From assembly GCF_041685465.1 (NCBI RefSeq), contig NZ_JAWLFS010000001.1, forward strand, positions 1 to 45,322: a stretch of 45,322 nt of DNA, read 5' to 3'. This stretch comes from Rhodosalinus sp. GTDB lineage: Bacteria > Pseudomonadota > Alphaproteobacteria > Rhodobacterales > Rhodobacteraceae. The notes beneath the pieces are model-generated. The model saw only the letters and a list, made by a program, of their open reading frames with translations, was not told where the DNA came from and did no database searches. Position numbers and translations under genes: made by a program. Of the stretch, positions 26,988 through 39,645 are shown piece after piece; position 1 is the first letter of the stretch; every line of letters starts with the position of its first letter.

Positions 26988-27848
26988 TCAGTCGGCCTGC
27001 AGGGACGCCGCGGCGGCGCCGAGATCCGACGGTGCCACCGACTCCGCGCCGGACCGGTCGATTTCGGCCTCGTCGCGAAGCTCCTCGACCTGCGTGTCCA
27101 CGGCGGACTGGCGCAGCTCTTCCGAGAGTTCGCCCCGCACGTCGTCGAGCGATGGCGCTTCTGCGGTGCGGGTCTCGTTGAGCCGGATGACATGCCAGCC
27201 GAACTGCGTCTCGACGGGGGCCTCGGCGAGGGTTCCGGGCTCCAGCGTCTCGACCGCCTGCTGGAAGGGCTCGACCATCGCGCCCTCGCCGAACCAGCCG
27301 AGATCGCCGCCCGAGGCCGCGGAGGGGCCGGTGGAGCGCGCTTCGGCCAGCTCGGAGAAGTCGGCGCCGCCCTCGATCTCGGCAATGATCTCCTGCGCTT
27401 CCTCCTCGCTCTCGACGAGGATGTGGGAGGCGTTGAACTCGGTCCCACCCTCGGCGTCGGCGTAGCGCTCGTCGTAGAGCGACTGCAGCGCGTCGTCGGT
27501 GACGGCGGTGTTGACCACGTCCTCGACCGCCTGCGCCGCGCCGAGCAGGCGGCGCTCGTTCTCGAGCGTCATCTCGGCGATGCCGGTGAGTTCGTCCTGC
27601 GTCTGCGAGAGCAGCGTCTGCTGCACGAGCTGGTCGATCAGCGCGTCGAAGAGCACGTCATCGGGTAGCTGCTGATACTGCTGCGGCAGGTTCTCGCGCG
27701 CGGCGACCATGTGGCCGAGGTTGATCTCGTCGCCGTTCACGGTCGCGACCACAGTGGAGAGGTCGGGCGCCTCGTCCTGTGCCGTGGCGGGGGTGGCGAG
27801 GGCGAGCGCGGTGAGCGCGGCGGCGATCGGGCGCGTGAGGGTCTGCAT
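26988..27848 (-). CDS. exported parvulin-type peptidyl-prolyl isomerase (PrsA/PpiC-like)
   Basis: Signal peptide ending ATA-Q; ASHILV, GGDLGWF, PVETQFGWHVI; RBS aaggag. Confidence 0.92.
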   Translation of the reverse strand: MQTLTRPIAAALTALALATPATAQDEAPDLSTVVATVNGDEINLGHMVAARENLPQQYQQLPDDVLFDALIDQLVQQTLLSQTQDELTGIAEMTLENERRLLGAAQAVEDVVNTAVTDDALQSLYDERYADAEGGTEFNASHILVESEEEAQEIIAEIEGGADFSELAEARSTGPSAASGGDLGWFGEGAMVEPFQQAVETLEPGTLAEAPVETQFGWHVIRLNETRTAEAPSLDDVRGELSEELRQSAVDTQVEELRDEAEIDRSGAESVAPSDLGAAAASLQAD

Positions 27849-27886
27849 GAACTCTCCTTGACTTCGGGCGGCGACGGGCCGCGGCG

Positions 27887-27915
27887 TTGACACTCGAAAG
27901 GCCGCCCCTTACATC
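27887..27915 (+). promoter_or_regulatory. putative sigma70 promoter of secA
   Basis: TTGACA-N17-TACATC. Confidence 0.65.
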
Positions 27916-28021
27916 GCCGTCAAGGCCCGGGCGGCGCCGTCTTTCCCAACACCTATGGGCTCCGGAGCAGGCGGGCAAGCGGGCGCCGCGCAAGAAATCG
28001 TCAACCCGGACGGAGAGAACC

Positions 28022-30787
<2,766 letters not shown>

Positions 30788-30894
30788 CGGGGCGGTGCGC
30801 CTCACAGATTCCGCGCGCCTGCCCCGCCCCTGCCAAGATTGACCGCGATGTTGGCGCCTGACCCGGGATACGGTGCCGGAGTCAGGAGGCCAGC

Positions 30895-32025
30895 ATGATG
30901 TCGCAAATCGTCTCGAACCGCTACGTGATGGCGGGTGCCACGTTCGCCCTTGCGCTCGGCATCGGCTTCGTGATGCAGCGGGAGGCGCCGGATCCGCTCG
31001 CCGGTGGGCCGCGCGACACTCCCGCGGTGCAGCAGGCGGGCGCGGCCGCCGGAGGCGCAGCCGGCCCCGAGGCGACCCCGGAGGACGAAGCGGCCGCAGG
31101 GGCCGCCGCGATCCCGGACACTCCATCGGAGCAGACAGCCGCGCGCGCGGATGCGCCCGCAAGCGACCTCGCCGCGCCGCCGGATCAGCCCGTGCCGCTC
31201 GCGGATGCGACGGAACTGACCGAGATCGATTTCACCGCTGCCGCACTCCCGCCGCGGCCCTCACGCACCCCGCGCCCGCGACCCGCGCCGCCTGTCCGGG
31301 ATGCCGCTGCCGAGGTGCCGGGCGCCGACGCTTTCGCCGTTTCCGAAAGCGCGCCCGCGCCCGCCTGCGACATCGCGCTGGAGGCCGAGGCGGCACCGGC
31401 GGCCACCGTGCGGCTCACCCTCGACGCGCCGTGCCTGCCCGGGGAGCGGCTCACGCTGCACCACAGCGGCCTCATGTTCACGGCCGTCACCGATGCCGAT
31501 GGCGCGCTCCGGCTGCGGGCGCCGGTCCTTTCGGAGTCCGCGGTGTTCATCGCCGCGTTCCCCAGCGGCGAAGGCGCCGTGGCGCAGGTGACCGTGCCCG
31601 ACGCGGGGGTTCGCGACCGCGTGGCCCTGCAGTGGCGTGGCGAGGCCGACCTGCACCTTCACGCCTTCGAAGGCGGGGCGGGCTACGGAGAGGCCGGACA
31701 CGTCTGGGCCGGCGAGCCGCGCGCGCCGGAGGAGGAGGCCGCCTTTCTGATGCGCCTTGGCGATGCGGACGCACCGGAGGCGCTCGTCGCGGACGTCTAC
31801 ACCTTCCCGCCCGAGGCGTCCCGCGGCGACGTTGCGCTCGCCGTCGAGGCCGAGGTGACGGCAGAGACCTGCGACCGGGAACTCTCCGCGGATACGCTCG
31901 GCCGTCTCGGCGGCAAAACTGCCACACCGCGTGAAATCACGATCTTCATGCCGGACTGCGCAGCGCAGGGCGACTTTCTGGTGTTGAAAAACCTCTTCGA
32001 GGACATGAAACTCGCCTCCGATTAG
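30895..32025 (+). CDS. membrane-anchored or exported hypothetical protein
   Basis: RBS aggagg; N-terminal hydrophobic helix, Ala/Pro-rich linker, C-terminal beta-rich region with four Cys. Confidence 0.8.
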   Translation: MMSQIVSNRYVMAGATFALALGIGFVMQREAPDPLAGGPRDTPAVQQAGAAAGGAAGPEATPEDEAAAGAAAIPDTPSEQTAARADAPASDLAAPPDQPVPLADATELTEIDFTAAALPPRPSRTPRPRPAPPVRDAAAEVPGADAFAVSESAPAPACDIALEAEAAPAATVRLTLDAPCLPGERLTLHHSGLMFTAVTDADGALRLRAPVLSESAVFIAAFPSGEGAVAQVTVPDAGVRDRVALQWRGEADLHLHAFEGGAGYGEAGHVWAGEPRAPEEEAAFLMRLGDADAPEALVADVYTFPPEASRGDVALAVEAEVTAETCDRELSADTLGRLGGKTATPREITIFMPDCAAQGDFLVLKNLFEDMKLASD

Positions 32026-32065
32026 CGCGCCTGCCACGGCCGCGACAGGCGGGATCGAGGAACCC

Positions 32066-33616
32066 ATGCGATCATGGCGTGTGGCGGTTACCGCCGCACT
32101 TCTCTTTCTGGCGCCCGGTGCCGTGGCGCAGGATGTCACGCTCCGGTCGCCCGACGGCGACGTGGAGATCGAGGGCACGCTTCTCGGCTTCGACGGGCGG
32201 CATTACCGTGTCGAGACCGTCTACGGCGAGTTGACGGTGGATGGCTCCGGCGTGCTCTGCGCGGGGCCGGGCTGCCCGAGCCTTTCGCCCTTCGTGGCCG
32301 AGCTGCGCCTCTCGGGCTCGCCGACGGTGATGGATGTGCTGATCCCTGCGCTGATCGACGGATTCGCGCGCCGCAGCGGCTTCGCTCTGGAGCGCACGAC
32401 GCCGCACGCGGGCCAGAGCCGCTTCACGCTTCGCGAGCCGGGGGGCGAAACGCTCGCCCGCGTCCACCTGCGCGCGACGACCACCGACGAGGCCTTCGCC
32501 GATCTGCTCGCCGACGAGGCGGACGTCGCCCTCGCGGTGCGCGAAGCGCGCCCCGAGGAAGTCGATCGCGCCCGCGAGGCGGGGCTCGGGGACCTCACGG
32601 CCGTGGAGCAGAGCCGCGTTTTCGCCCTCGATGCGCTGGTGCCGGTCGTCGCGCCCGGCCATCCGGTCCGGGCCATCGCGCCCGCGGACCTGGCGCAGGT
32701 GCTCGCCGGGGAGATCGACAACTGGCAGGCGCTGGGCGGACCGGATGCACCGATCACCGTGCACCTGCGCGATGCGGGCTCCGGCCTCGCGCAGGCGGTC
32801 ACGGACCGGTTCCCGGCCTCGGCGGAACCGCGGGCCGGCGCCGTCGTCATCCGGCACCGGAGCGACGCGGCGCTCGCGGATGCCGTGGCCGGTGACCGCC
32901 TCGGTCTCGGGATCGCGCGTTTCGCGCGGACCGGAAACACGCAGCCGCTGGCGCTGACCGGGGGGTGCGGCTTCGAACTGCGCGCGGAGCGGCGGGCGAT
33001 CAAGATGGAGGACTATCCCTTCGGCGCGCCGCTTTTCCTCTACCTGCCGCGCCGCCACCTGCCCGGGATCGCGCGCGATTTTCTTTCCTACCTCCAGAGC
33101 GCCCCGGCGCAGATCGTCGTGCGCCGCGCCGGTTTCGTCGATCAGGCCGCCGAGGAGGTCGCGATCGCCGAGCAGGGCGACCGCTTCGCCAATGCCATCG
33201 CGGCGGCGGGCGGGGAGGTCGCGCTTCCCGAGTTGCAGCGCCTCGTCCGGACGCTGCGGCCGATGCGGCGGCTGACCACATCCTTCCGCTTCCGCCCCGG
33301 CTCGGTGGACCTCGACGCGCAGTCGCGCGCCAACGTCGAACGCCTCGCCCGGGCGCTCGAGGCGGGGCGCTACGACGGGCGCGCGCTGCTCTTCGCGGGC
33401 TTCAGCGACGGGCAGGGAACGGCGGCGAGCAACCGCCGGATCGCCGCACGGCGCGCGGAGGCGGTGCGGGAGGCGGTCGAGGCGGCGGTCGCGGATGCGG
33501 ACCTTTCCCGCGTGGACATCGGGACCGACGCCTTCGGCGAGGCGATGCCGATGGCCTGCGACGACGGCAGATGGGGCCGGACGATCAACCGCCGGGTGGA
33601 AATCTGGGTGCGCTGA
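32066..33616 (+). CDS. PstS-like periplasmic binding domain / OmpA-like peptidoglycan-binding fusion protein
   Basis: Signal peptide; LRLSGSPTV, ALDALVPVV...GEIDNWQALGG and YPFGAPLFLY (PBP fold); GFSDGQG...NRRIAARRAEAV...NRRVEI (OmpA-C). Confidence 0.88.
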   Translation: MRSWRVAVTAALLFLAPGAVAQDVTLRSPDGDVEIEGTLLGFDGRHYRVETVYGELTVDGSGVLCAGPGCPSLSPFVAELRLSGSPTVMDVLIPALIDGFARRSGFALERTTPHAGQSRFTLREPGGETLARVHLRATTTDEAFADLLADEADVALAVREARPEEVDRAREAGLGDLTAVEQSRVFALDALVPVVAPGHPVRAIAPADLAQVLAGEIDNWQALGGPDAPITVHLRDAGSGLAQAVTDRFPASAEPRAGAVVIRHRSDAALADAVAGDRLGLGIARFARTGNTQPLALTGGCGFELRAERRAIKMEDYPFGAPLFLYLPRRHLPGIARDFLSYLQSAPAQIVVRRAGFVDQAAEEVAIAEQGDRFANAIAAAGGEVALPELQRLVRTLRPMRRLTTSFRFRPGSVDLDAQSRANVERLARALEAGRYDGRALLFAGFSDGQGTAASNRRIAARRAEAVREAVEAAVADADLSRVDIGTDAFGEAMPMACDDGRWGRTINRRVEIWVR

Positions 33617-33629
33617 GGGTCTCCCGCGG

Positions 33630-33645
33630 TTAATCGGACGTTCAC
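33630..33645. promoter_or_regulatory. putative CtrA box upstream of the hybrid kinase
   Basis: TTAA-tcggacg-TTCAC versus consensus TTAA-N7-TTAAC (one mismatch), in a short intergenic gap. Confidence 0.5.
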
Positions 33646-33698
33646 CCTGTCTGCGCGAAGATCTGCGCGATCGTGTCGTCGCGGGTGGAGCGCCAGCC

Positions 33699-36239
33699 AT
33701 GAGTCTGTCCAGCAAGCTCGCCGAGGAACGGCGCGGCCGGCTGGCCGCCGAGCGCCTGCTGGAACAGAAGCAGGCGGAGCTTTTCGAAGCCAACCGCAAG
33801 CTCGGGCAGCACGCGCGCGCGCTTTCGGAGCGGATCGTCGAGACGCAGGCCGAAGTGGCGACCGTCCGCGACGAGAACGCGCGCGTGAAGTCGGACCTGA
33901 CCAAGGCGACGGAGAAGATCGCCATCGTCGAGACGCAGCTCTGGAAGGCGCTCGACTCGGTGCGCGACGGTTTCGCCATGTTCAACGCCGACGGTCGGCT
34001 CGAACTCGCCAATCGGGCCTATCTCTCGGTCTTCGACGGGATCGAGTCGATCGCGCCGGGGGCCAGTTTCGCGCATGTCGTCGACGTCATGATCGAGGAG
34101 GGCATCGTCGATCCCCGGGGCGAATCGTCGCACGCATGGCGCGACCGGATGCTCGCCCGCTGGGAGATGGCGGACATCCCGCCCGAGGTGATCCGTCTCT
34201 GGAACGGGCAGTTCGTCAAGCTTATGGACCGGCGCACGCCGGACGGCGGGTTCGTGACGCTGGCCGTCAACATCACCGAGCTCATGCGGATGTGGTCCGC
34301 GGTGGAGGAACTGCCCGACGGTTTCGTCGTCTTCGATTCCGACGACCGGCTGGTGACCTGCAACGCGCGCTACCGCGAGCTTTATGCCGAGAGCGCGCCG
34401 GCGATGGTCCCCGGTGCGACGTTCGAGGACATCCTGCGCCACGGCCTCGACCGCGGTCAGTACGCAGAGGCCCTCGGGCGCGAGGAGGACTGGCTCGCAG
34501 AACGGCTCGAGAAGCACCGCGCGGCGGAGGTCGCCATCGAGCAACAGCTTGGCGATGGCCGCTGGCTGCGCATCTTCGAGAAGGAGACGACCGATGGCGG
34601 CCGCGTCGGGCTGCGCGTCGACGTCACCGAACTCAAGGAGCAGCAGAAGGCGCTCGAACGCGCGATGGAACGGGCGGAGGCCGCGAACCGCGCGAAATCC
34701 GCTTTCCTCGCCAACATGACGCACGAGATCCGCACGCCGATGAACGGCGTGGTCGGCATGGCGGAGCTTCTGGCCGACACCGAACTGACCGAGGATCAGG
34801 CGCTCTATGCCGAGACGATCCGCACCTCGGGCGAGTCGCTTCTCGTGATCATCAACGACGTGCTGGACTACTCCAAGATCGAGGCCGATCGCCTCGCGCT
34901 TCACCCCGAACCCTTCGACCTGGAGCGCTGCATCCACGAGATCGTGATGCTCCTGCAGCCCACTGCGCGCGACAAGGGGCTGGTGATGCTCGTCGATTAC
35001 GACCTGTTCCTGCCCACTCGCTTCGTCGGCGATCCGGCGCGCGTGCGGCAGGTGCTGACCAACCTGATCGGCAACGCGGTGAAGTTCACCCATGCGGGCC
35101 ACGTCCTCGTCCGCGTCACCGGCGTGCCCGAGGTGACGGAGGGCAGGGCGGAGGTGATCGTCACGGTGGAGGACACCGGAATCGGCATCCCCGCCGACCG
35201 GCAGGAGCATGTCTTCGGCGAGTTCAACCAGGTGGAGGACGACCGCAACCGCTCCTTCGAGGGGACGGGCCTCGGCCTCGCGATCACGCGGCGGCTGATC
35301 GACCTGATGGGCGGGCAGATCTGGATCGAGAGCGAGGAGGGCGCGGGCACCTGCTTCGGCTTCCGGGTGCCGCTGCCCGCCGCCGAGGCGGTGGCCGACG
35401 CGCCCTCCGGTCCGCCCGCGCTGAAGACGGCGCTCGTCGTGGACGACCACCCGGCCAACCGCGAGATCCTGCAGAAACAGCTCGCCGCGCTGGGCATGAC
35501 CGTGCGTGCGGCCGAGAGCGCGGAGGCAGCCGCGGCGCTGATGACCCCGCCGCCGGACGTGGTGCTGACCGACCACCTGATGCCGGGCACGGACGGCGTG
35601 GCCTTCGCCCGGCGTCTGCGGGAGGAGGGCCATGCGATGCCGGTCCTGCTGCTCAGTTCCAACCCGGCCATCGTGGAGGCGGACCTCGCCCCCGATGTCC
35701 TGCAGGCCGTGCTGCAGAAACCCGTGCCGCGGCAGGAACTCCTGCGCCGGCTGCACGGCCTCGGCGGCGTGCGCGGTGCGCCCGTCCCGGCGACGCTGCC
35801 GGCCCCAGACCGCGGGGCGCAGGCGGCGCCGCGCCCGATGCGCGTGCTCCTCGCGGAGGACAACCGCACCAACCGCCTGGTCTTCGCCAAGATGGTGCGG
35901 GATCTGGACGTCCAGCTCGAAGTCGCCGTCAACGGGCACGAGGCCGTCGCGGCGTGGGAGGCGGGACCGCCGGATCTCATCTTCATGGATATCTCGATGC
36001 CGCAGATGGACGGTCGGGAGGCTGCGCGCGAGATCCGCCGCCGCGAGGCCGGGGGCACGGCGCGCGTGCCGATCGTCGCCGTGACCGCGCACGCCATGGA
36101 GGGCGACCGCGAGGCGATTCTCGGGGACGGGATCGACCACTACATCAGCAAACCGGTTCGCAAGGCCGCGCTGATGGAGACCATCCGCGCGCACCGCCCC
36201 GCCGCGGTCCGGCCCTTCGCGCCGGGCGATCCGGGCTGA
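33699..36239 (+). CDS. cytoplasmic hybrid histidine kinase (coiled coil, 2 PAS, HisKA, HATPase, 2 REC)
   Basis: FLANMTHEIRTPMNG, NLIGNAVKFT, DTGIGI, GTGLGL; receiver Asp in VLTDHLMP and FMDISMP; no TM helix evident; start MSLSSK after ggag. Confidence 0.93.
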   Translation: MSLSSKLAEERRGRLAAERLLEQKQAELFEANRKLGQHARALSERIVETQAEVATVRDENARVKSDLTKATEKIAIVETQLWKALDSVRDGFAMFNADGRLELANRAYLSVFDGIESIAPGASFAHVVDVMIEEGIVDPRGESSHAWRDRMLARWEMADIPPEVIRLWNGQFVKLMDRRTPDGGFVTLAVNITELMRMWSAVEELPDGFVVFDSDDRLVTCNARYRELYAESAPAMVPGATFEDILRHGLDRGQYAEALGREEDWLAERLEKHRAAEVAIEQQLGDGRWLRIFEKETTDGGRVGLRVDVTELKEQQKALERAMERAEAANRAKSAFLANMTHEIRTPMNGVVGMAELLADTELTEDQALYAETIRTSGESLLVIINDVLDYSKIEADRLALHPEPFDLERCIHEIVMLLQPTARDKGLVMLVDYDLFLPTRFVGDPARVRQVLTNLIGNAVKFTHAGHVLVRVTGVPEVTEGRAEVIVTVEDTGIGIPADRQEHVFGEFNQVEDDRNRSFEGTGLGLAITRRLIDLMGGQIWIESEEGAGTCFGFRVPLPAAEAVADAPSGPPALKTALVVDDHPANREILQKQLAALGMTVRAAESAEAAAALMTPPPDVVLTDHLMPGTDGVAFARRLREEGHAMPVLLLSSNPAIVEADLAPDVLQAVLQKPVPRQELLRRLHGLGGVRGAPVPATLPAPDRGAQAAPRPMRVLLAEDNRTNRLVFAKMVRDLDVQLEVAVNGHEAVAAWEAGPPDLIFMDISMPQMDGREAAREIRRREAGGTARVPIVAVTAHAMEGDREAILGDGIDHYISKPVRKAALMETIRAHRPAAVRPFAPGDPG

Positions 36240-36248
36240 CGGCGCGGC

Positions 36249-37019
36249 TCAGTCCGCGCCGCGGAGGAACACCGGGCGGTCGGGCTCCGAGAGATCCGGC
36301 GCGTGGGCATAGCCGCCCGCGTCAAAGCGGGTGAGCTCTTCGGGGTCCTCGAGGCGCGTCTCAAGCAGGAAGCGCGCCATCGCGCCGCGCGCCTGCTTGG
36401 CGTAGAAGCTGACGACCTTGGGCGTGCCGCCCTTCATCTCCATGAAGACGGGCGTGATCACCCGCAGCTCGAGCGCCTGCGCGTCCACCGCGCCGAAATA
36501 TTCCTGACTGGCGCAGTTCACGAGCGTATCGGTCCCCGCAGCGGCGGCGGCGTCGTTCAGCGCCCGCGCGATCCGGTCGCCCCACCAGTCGTAGAGCGAC
36601 CGCCCCCGCTCGGTGCGCAGCCGGCTCCCCATCTCCAGCCGGTAGGGCTCGATCAGGTCGAGGGGCCGCAGCACGCCGTAAAGCCCCGAGAGGATCCGCA
36701 GCCGCGCCTGCCCCCAGCGCAGCGCGTCGGCGTCGAGCGTCGACGCCTCCAGCCCGCGGTAGGTGTCGCCGGCGAAGGCGAGCGCGGCGGGCTTCTTCGG
36801 CTGGTCACCGAAGGCCGCGAAGCGCTCGGCGTTGAGCCGCGCGAGGGTGTCGCTGATCCCCATGAGTTTCTGCAGTTCGGCGTCCGAGAGCCCATGCGCC
36901 ACCTGCGCGAGCGCGGCGGCGTCCTCGCCGAAATCGGGCGCGCTCGGCTCCGGGGCGCCGGCGGGCAGCGCCGTCTCTTCCATGTCGAGTTTCTTCGCGG
37001 GCGAGATCACGACGAGCAT
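36249..37019 (-). CDS. yaaA: peroxide stress protein YaaA
   Basis: MLVVISPAKKL, LRILSGLYGVLRPLD, PYRLEMG, NCASQEY, YAKQARGAMAR; RBS aggagg. Confidence 0.95.
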   Translation of the reverse strand: MLVVISPAKKLDMEETALPAGAPEPSAPDFGEDAAALAQVAHGLSDAELQKLMGISDTLARLNAERFAAFGDQPKKPAALAFAGDTYRGLEASTLDADALRWGQARLRILSGLYGVLRPLDLIEPYRLEMGSRLRTERGRSLYDWWGDRIARALNDAAAAAGTDTLVNCASQEYFGAVDAQALELRVITPVFMEMKGGTPKVVSFYAKQARGAMARFLLETRLEDPEELTRFDAGGYAHAPDLSEPDRPVFLRGAD

Positions 37020-37048
37020 CGGCGGTCCTCCTGAAGCGCCGTCAGCAC

Positions 37049-39100
37049 TTAATCCGCCGCGCGCAGAACGTCCAGAAAGGCGTCGCCGAAGCGTTCCACC
37101 TGTCGCGCGCCCATCCCCGGAATGCGCGCAAGCTGATCGAGGTCGGCCGGCCGGCGCTCGGCGATGTGGCGCAGCGTCGTCTGCGTGCAGGACATCGGCT
37201 TCTCGATCCCGGTCTCGCCGCGGGCGAGGCGGCGTTCGGCCTCCTGCAGCCGGTCGAAGAGCGCGCCCTCCGGCCGCCCGGCGAGGCGGCGCCGGCTCGG
37301 GTGCAGCTCCGCCGGCCCCTCCGCGATCACCTGGAGGAAGGCCTGCCCGTAGGTCTCGAGCTTCTTCGCACCGACGCCGGGGATCGCCGCCATCTCGTCG
37401 AGGGTGGTGGGCCGGGCCTCGGCCATGGCGATCAGCGTGCGGTCGTTGAAGACGATGTAGGCGGGCACGCCGGCCGCCTCGGCGAGCGTGCGGCGCTTCG
37501 CCTTGAGCGCGGCGAGAAGCGGCGCGTCCTCTTCCGAGACGAGCGCCTTCGGCGCGGGGGCCTGCGTTTTCGTCACCGTGTCGCGGCGCAGGTCCACGCG
37601 CGCCTCGCCCTTGAGCACCGGATGCGCGGCCTCCGTCACGCGGAGCGCGCCGTGCCGCTCGGGATCGGGGCGCAGGAGGTCGCGGCCCATGAGCTGCCGG
37701 AAGAGACCCTGCCACTGGGTGCGCCCGTGCTCCCGCCCGACGCCGAAGGTCGGCAGCCGGTCGTGCCCGCGCTGGCGGACCTTGTCGGTTTCGGTGCCGG
37801 TGAGCACGTCGATCAGATGCCCCGCGCCGAAGCTCTCGCCCGTGCGCAGCGCGGCCGAGAGAGCTTTCTGCGCGGCCTCGGTGCCGTCGAAGGTCTCGGG
37901 TGGGCTCTCGCAGAGGTCGCAGTTGCCGCAGGCCGCAGCGCTCTCGCCGAAATAGGACAGCAGCGTGCGCCGCCGGCACTCGAGCGCCTCGGCGAGCCCC
38001 AGGAGCGCGTTGAGCCGCCCGTGGTCGGCCGCGCGGCGTTCGGGGGGCGCCGGGCTCTCGTCGATCTGGCTGCGGCGCAGGCGGATGTCGTCCGCGCCGT
38101 AGAGCGTCATCGTCTCCGCCGGCAGGCCGTCGCGGCCGGCGCGGCCGATCTCCTGATAGTAGCCCTCGATCGACTTGGGCAGGTCGGCGTGCGCGACCCA
38201 GCGGATGTCGGGCTTGTCCACGCCCATGCCGAAGGCGACCGTGGCCACGACGATCAGCCCCTCTTCCGTGGCGAAGCGCGTCTCGACCGTGCGGCGCGTC
38301 TCGGCCTCCATGCCGCCGTGATAGGCGGCGGCGGAATGCCCCGCCTCGCGCAGCGCCTGCGCGAGCGTCTCGGTCTTGGCGCGCGTGCCGCAGTAGACGA
38401 TGCCCGACTGCCCGCGCCGCGCGTCCGCGAAGGCGAGGATCTGGCGGCGCGGGCTGTCCTTCGGGCGGAAGGCGAGGCGGATGTTCGGCCGGTCGAAGCC
38501 GCGCAGGAAGCTCTCCGGCGGGCGGCCCGCGAAGAGGCGCGCGACGATCTCTTCCCGCGTCTCGGCGTCGGCGGTGGCGGTGAAGGCGGCGAGCGGCACG
38601 CCGAGCGCCTGCCGGAGCTCGCCGATGCGCAGGTAATCGGGGCGGAAGTCGTGGCCCCACTGGCTGACGCAATGCGCCTCGTCCACGGCGATCAGCGAGA
38701 CGCCCGCCCGGCGCAGCACGCCCGAGGTGGAGGCCGCGCCGAGACGTTCGGGCGCCATGTAGAGGAGCTTCAGCCGCCCTGCGTCCAGCGCGGCCCAGAC
38801 GCCCTCGGTCTCCTCCTCGGTGTTGGCGGAGGTGAGCGCGCCGGCCTCGACCCCCGCGGCGCGCAGCGCGCGCACCTGGTCGCGCATCAGCGCGATGAGC
38901 GGCGAGACGACGAGCGTCACGCCGTCGCGCAGGAGCGCGGGGAGTTGATAGCAGAGCGACTTGCCCCCGCCGGTGGGCATGATGGCCAGCACGTCGCGCC
39001 CCGCGGACACGGCCTCCACGATCTCGCCCTGGCCCGGACGGAAACCGTCGAATCCGAACACCTCGCGCAGAATCGCCTCTGCGCCGCCTGCCTCGCTCAT
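37049..39100 (-). CDS. recQ: ATP-dependent DNA helicase RecQ
   Basis: MPTGGGKSLCYQ, DEAHCVSQWGHDFRP, YYQEIGRAGRDG, Zn site CRR...CGNCDLC, RQC and HRDC domains. Confidence 0.98.
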   Translation of the reverse strand: MSEAGGAEAILREVFGFDGFRPGQGEIVEAVSAGRDVLAIMPTGGGKSLCYQLPALLRDGVTLVVSPLIALMRDQVRALRAAGVEAGALTSANTEEETEGVWAALDAGRLKLLYMAPERLGAASTSGVLRRAGVSLIAVDEAHCVSQWGHDFRPDYLRIGELRQALGVPLAAFTATADAETREEIVARLFAGRPPESFLRGFDRPNIRLAFRPKDSPRRQILAFADARRGQSGIVYCGTRAKTETLAQALREAGHSAAAYHGGMEAETRRTVETRFATEEGLIVVATVAFGMGVDKPDIRWVAHADLPKSIEGYYQEIGRAGRDGLPAETMTLYGADDIRLRRSQIDESPAPPERRAADHGRLNALLGLAEALECRRRTLLSYFGESAAACGNCDLCESPPETFDGTEAAQKALSAALRTGESFGAGHLIDVLTGTETDKVRQRGHDRLPTFGVGREHGRTQWQGLFRQLMGRDLLRPDPERHGALRVTEAAHPVLKGEARVDLRRDTVTKTQAPAPKALVSEEDAPLLAALKAKRRTLAEAAGVPAYIVFNDRTLIAMAEARPTTLDEMAAIPGVGAKKLETYGQAFLQVIAEGPAELHPSRRRLAGRPEGALFDRLQEAERRLARGETGIEKPMSCTQTTLRHIAERRPADLDQLARIPGMGARQVERFGDAFLDVLRAAD

Positions 39101-39235
39101 CTGCCCTGCCGCCTGTCTGCTCGCACCCCGAGGCTATCCTGCCGCGAGGCGGGTGAACAAGGCCCGCCCCGGCGCAACCCGGTCTTTCGATGGTCCGGCC
39201 CTGCCCGGTCCCGGCGTCGGGCCGGGCGCCGCGCC

Positions 39236-39520
39236 TCAGCCGAAGAGCAGCGTCGGCAGGATGAAGTCGCGCAGCGAGATCACGATGATGATCGCCACCA
39301 GAGGCGCGAGGTCGAGGGGCCGCGTGTCGGGCAGGATGTTGCGGATCGGTTGATAGATCGGCTCCAGCAGGCGGTTGAGCCCCTCCCAGATGGAGGCCAC
39401 GAACTGCTGGCGCAGGTTGAGCACCTGGAAGTTGATGAGCCAGCTCATGATGATATGGGCGATCATGATGAAGAAGGCCACGTCCAGGATCAGTTTCAGT
39501 GGTCCGTAGATCGCCATCAT
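39236..39520 (-). CDS. YggT family membrane protein
   Basis: IIMSWLINF, LLEPIYQPIRNILP, LDLAPLV. Confidence 0.92.
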   Translation of the reverse strand: MMAIYGPLKLILDVAFFIMIAHIIMSWLINFQVLNLRQQFVASIWEGLNRLLEPIYQPIRNILPDTRPLDLAPLVAIIIVISLRDFILPTLLFG

Positions 39521-39645
39521 CGCGCTGTCCTTTCCCCGTCGCCGCCCTGATCTAGCCATGCCGGCCCGGTCCGGCAAGTCTGCCGCGAGGTCGCGGTTGA
39601 CGCGGCCGACCCGCCGCGTCACCCCGCCCGCGAAGGAGGCGTGCC

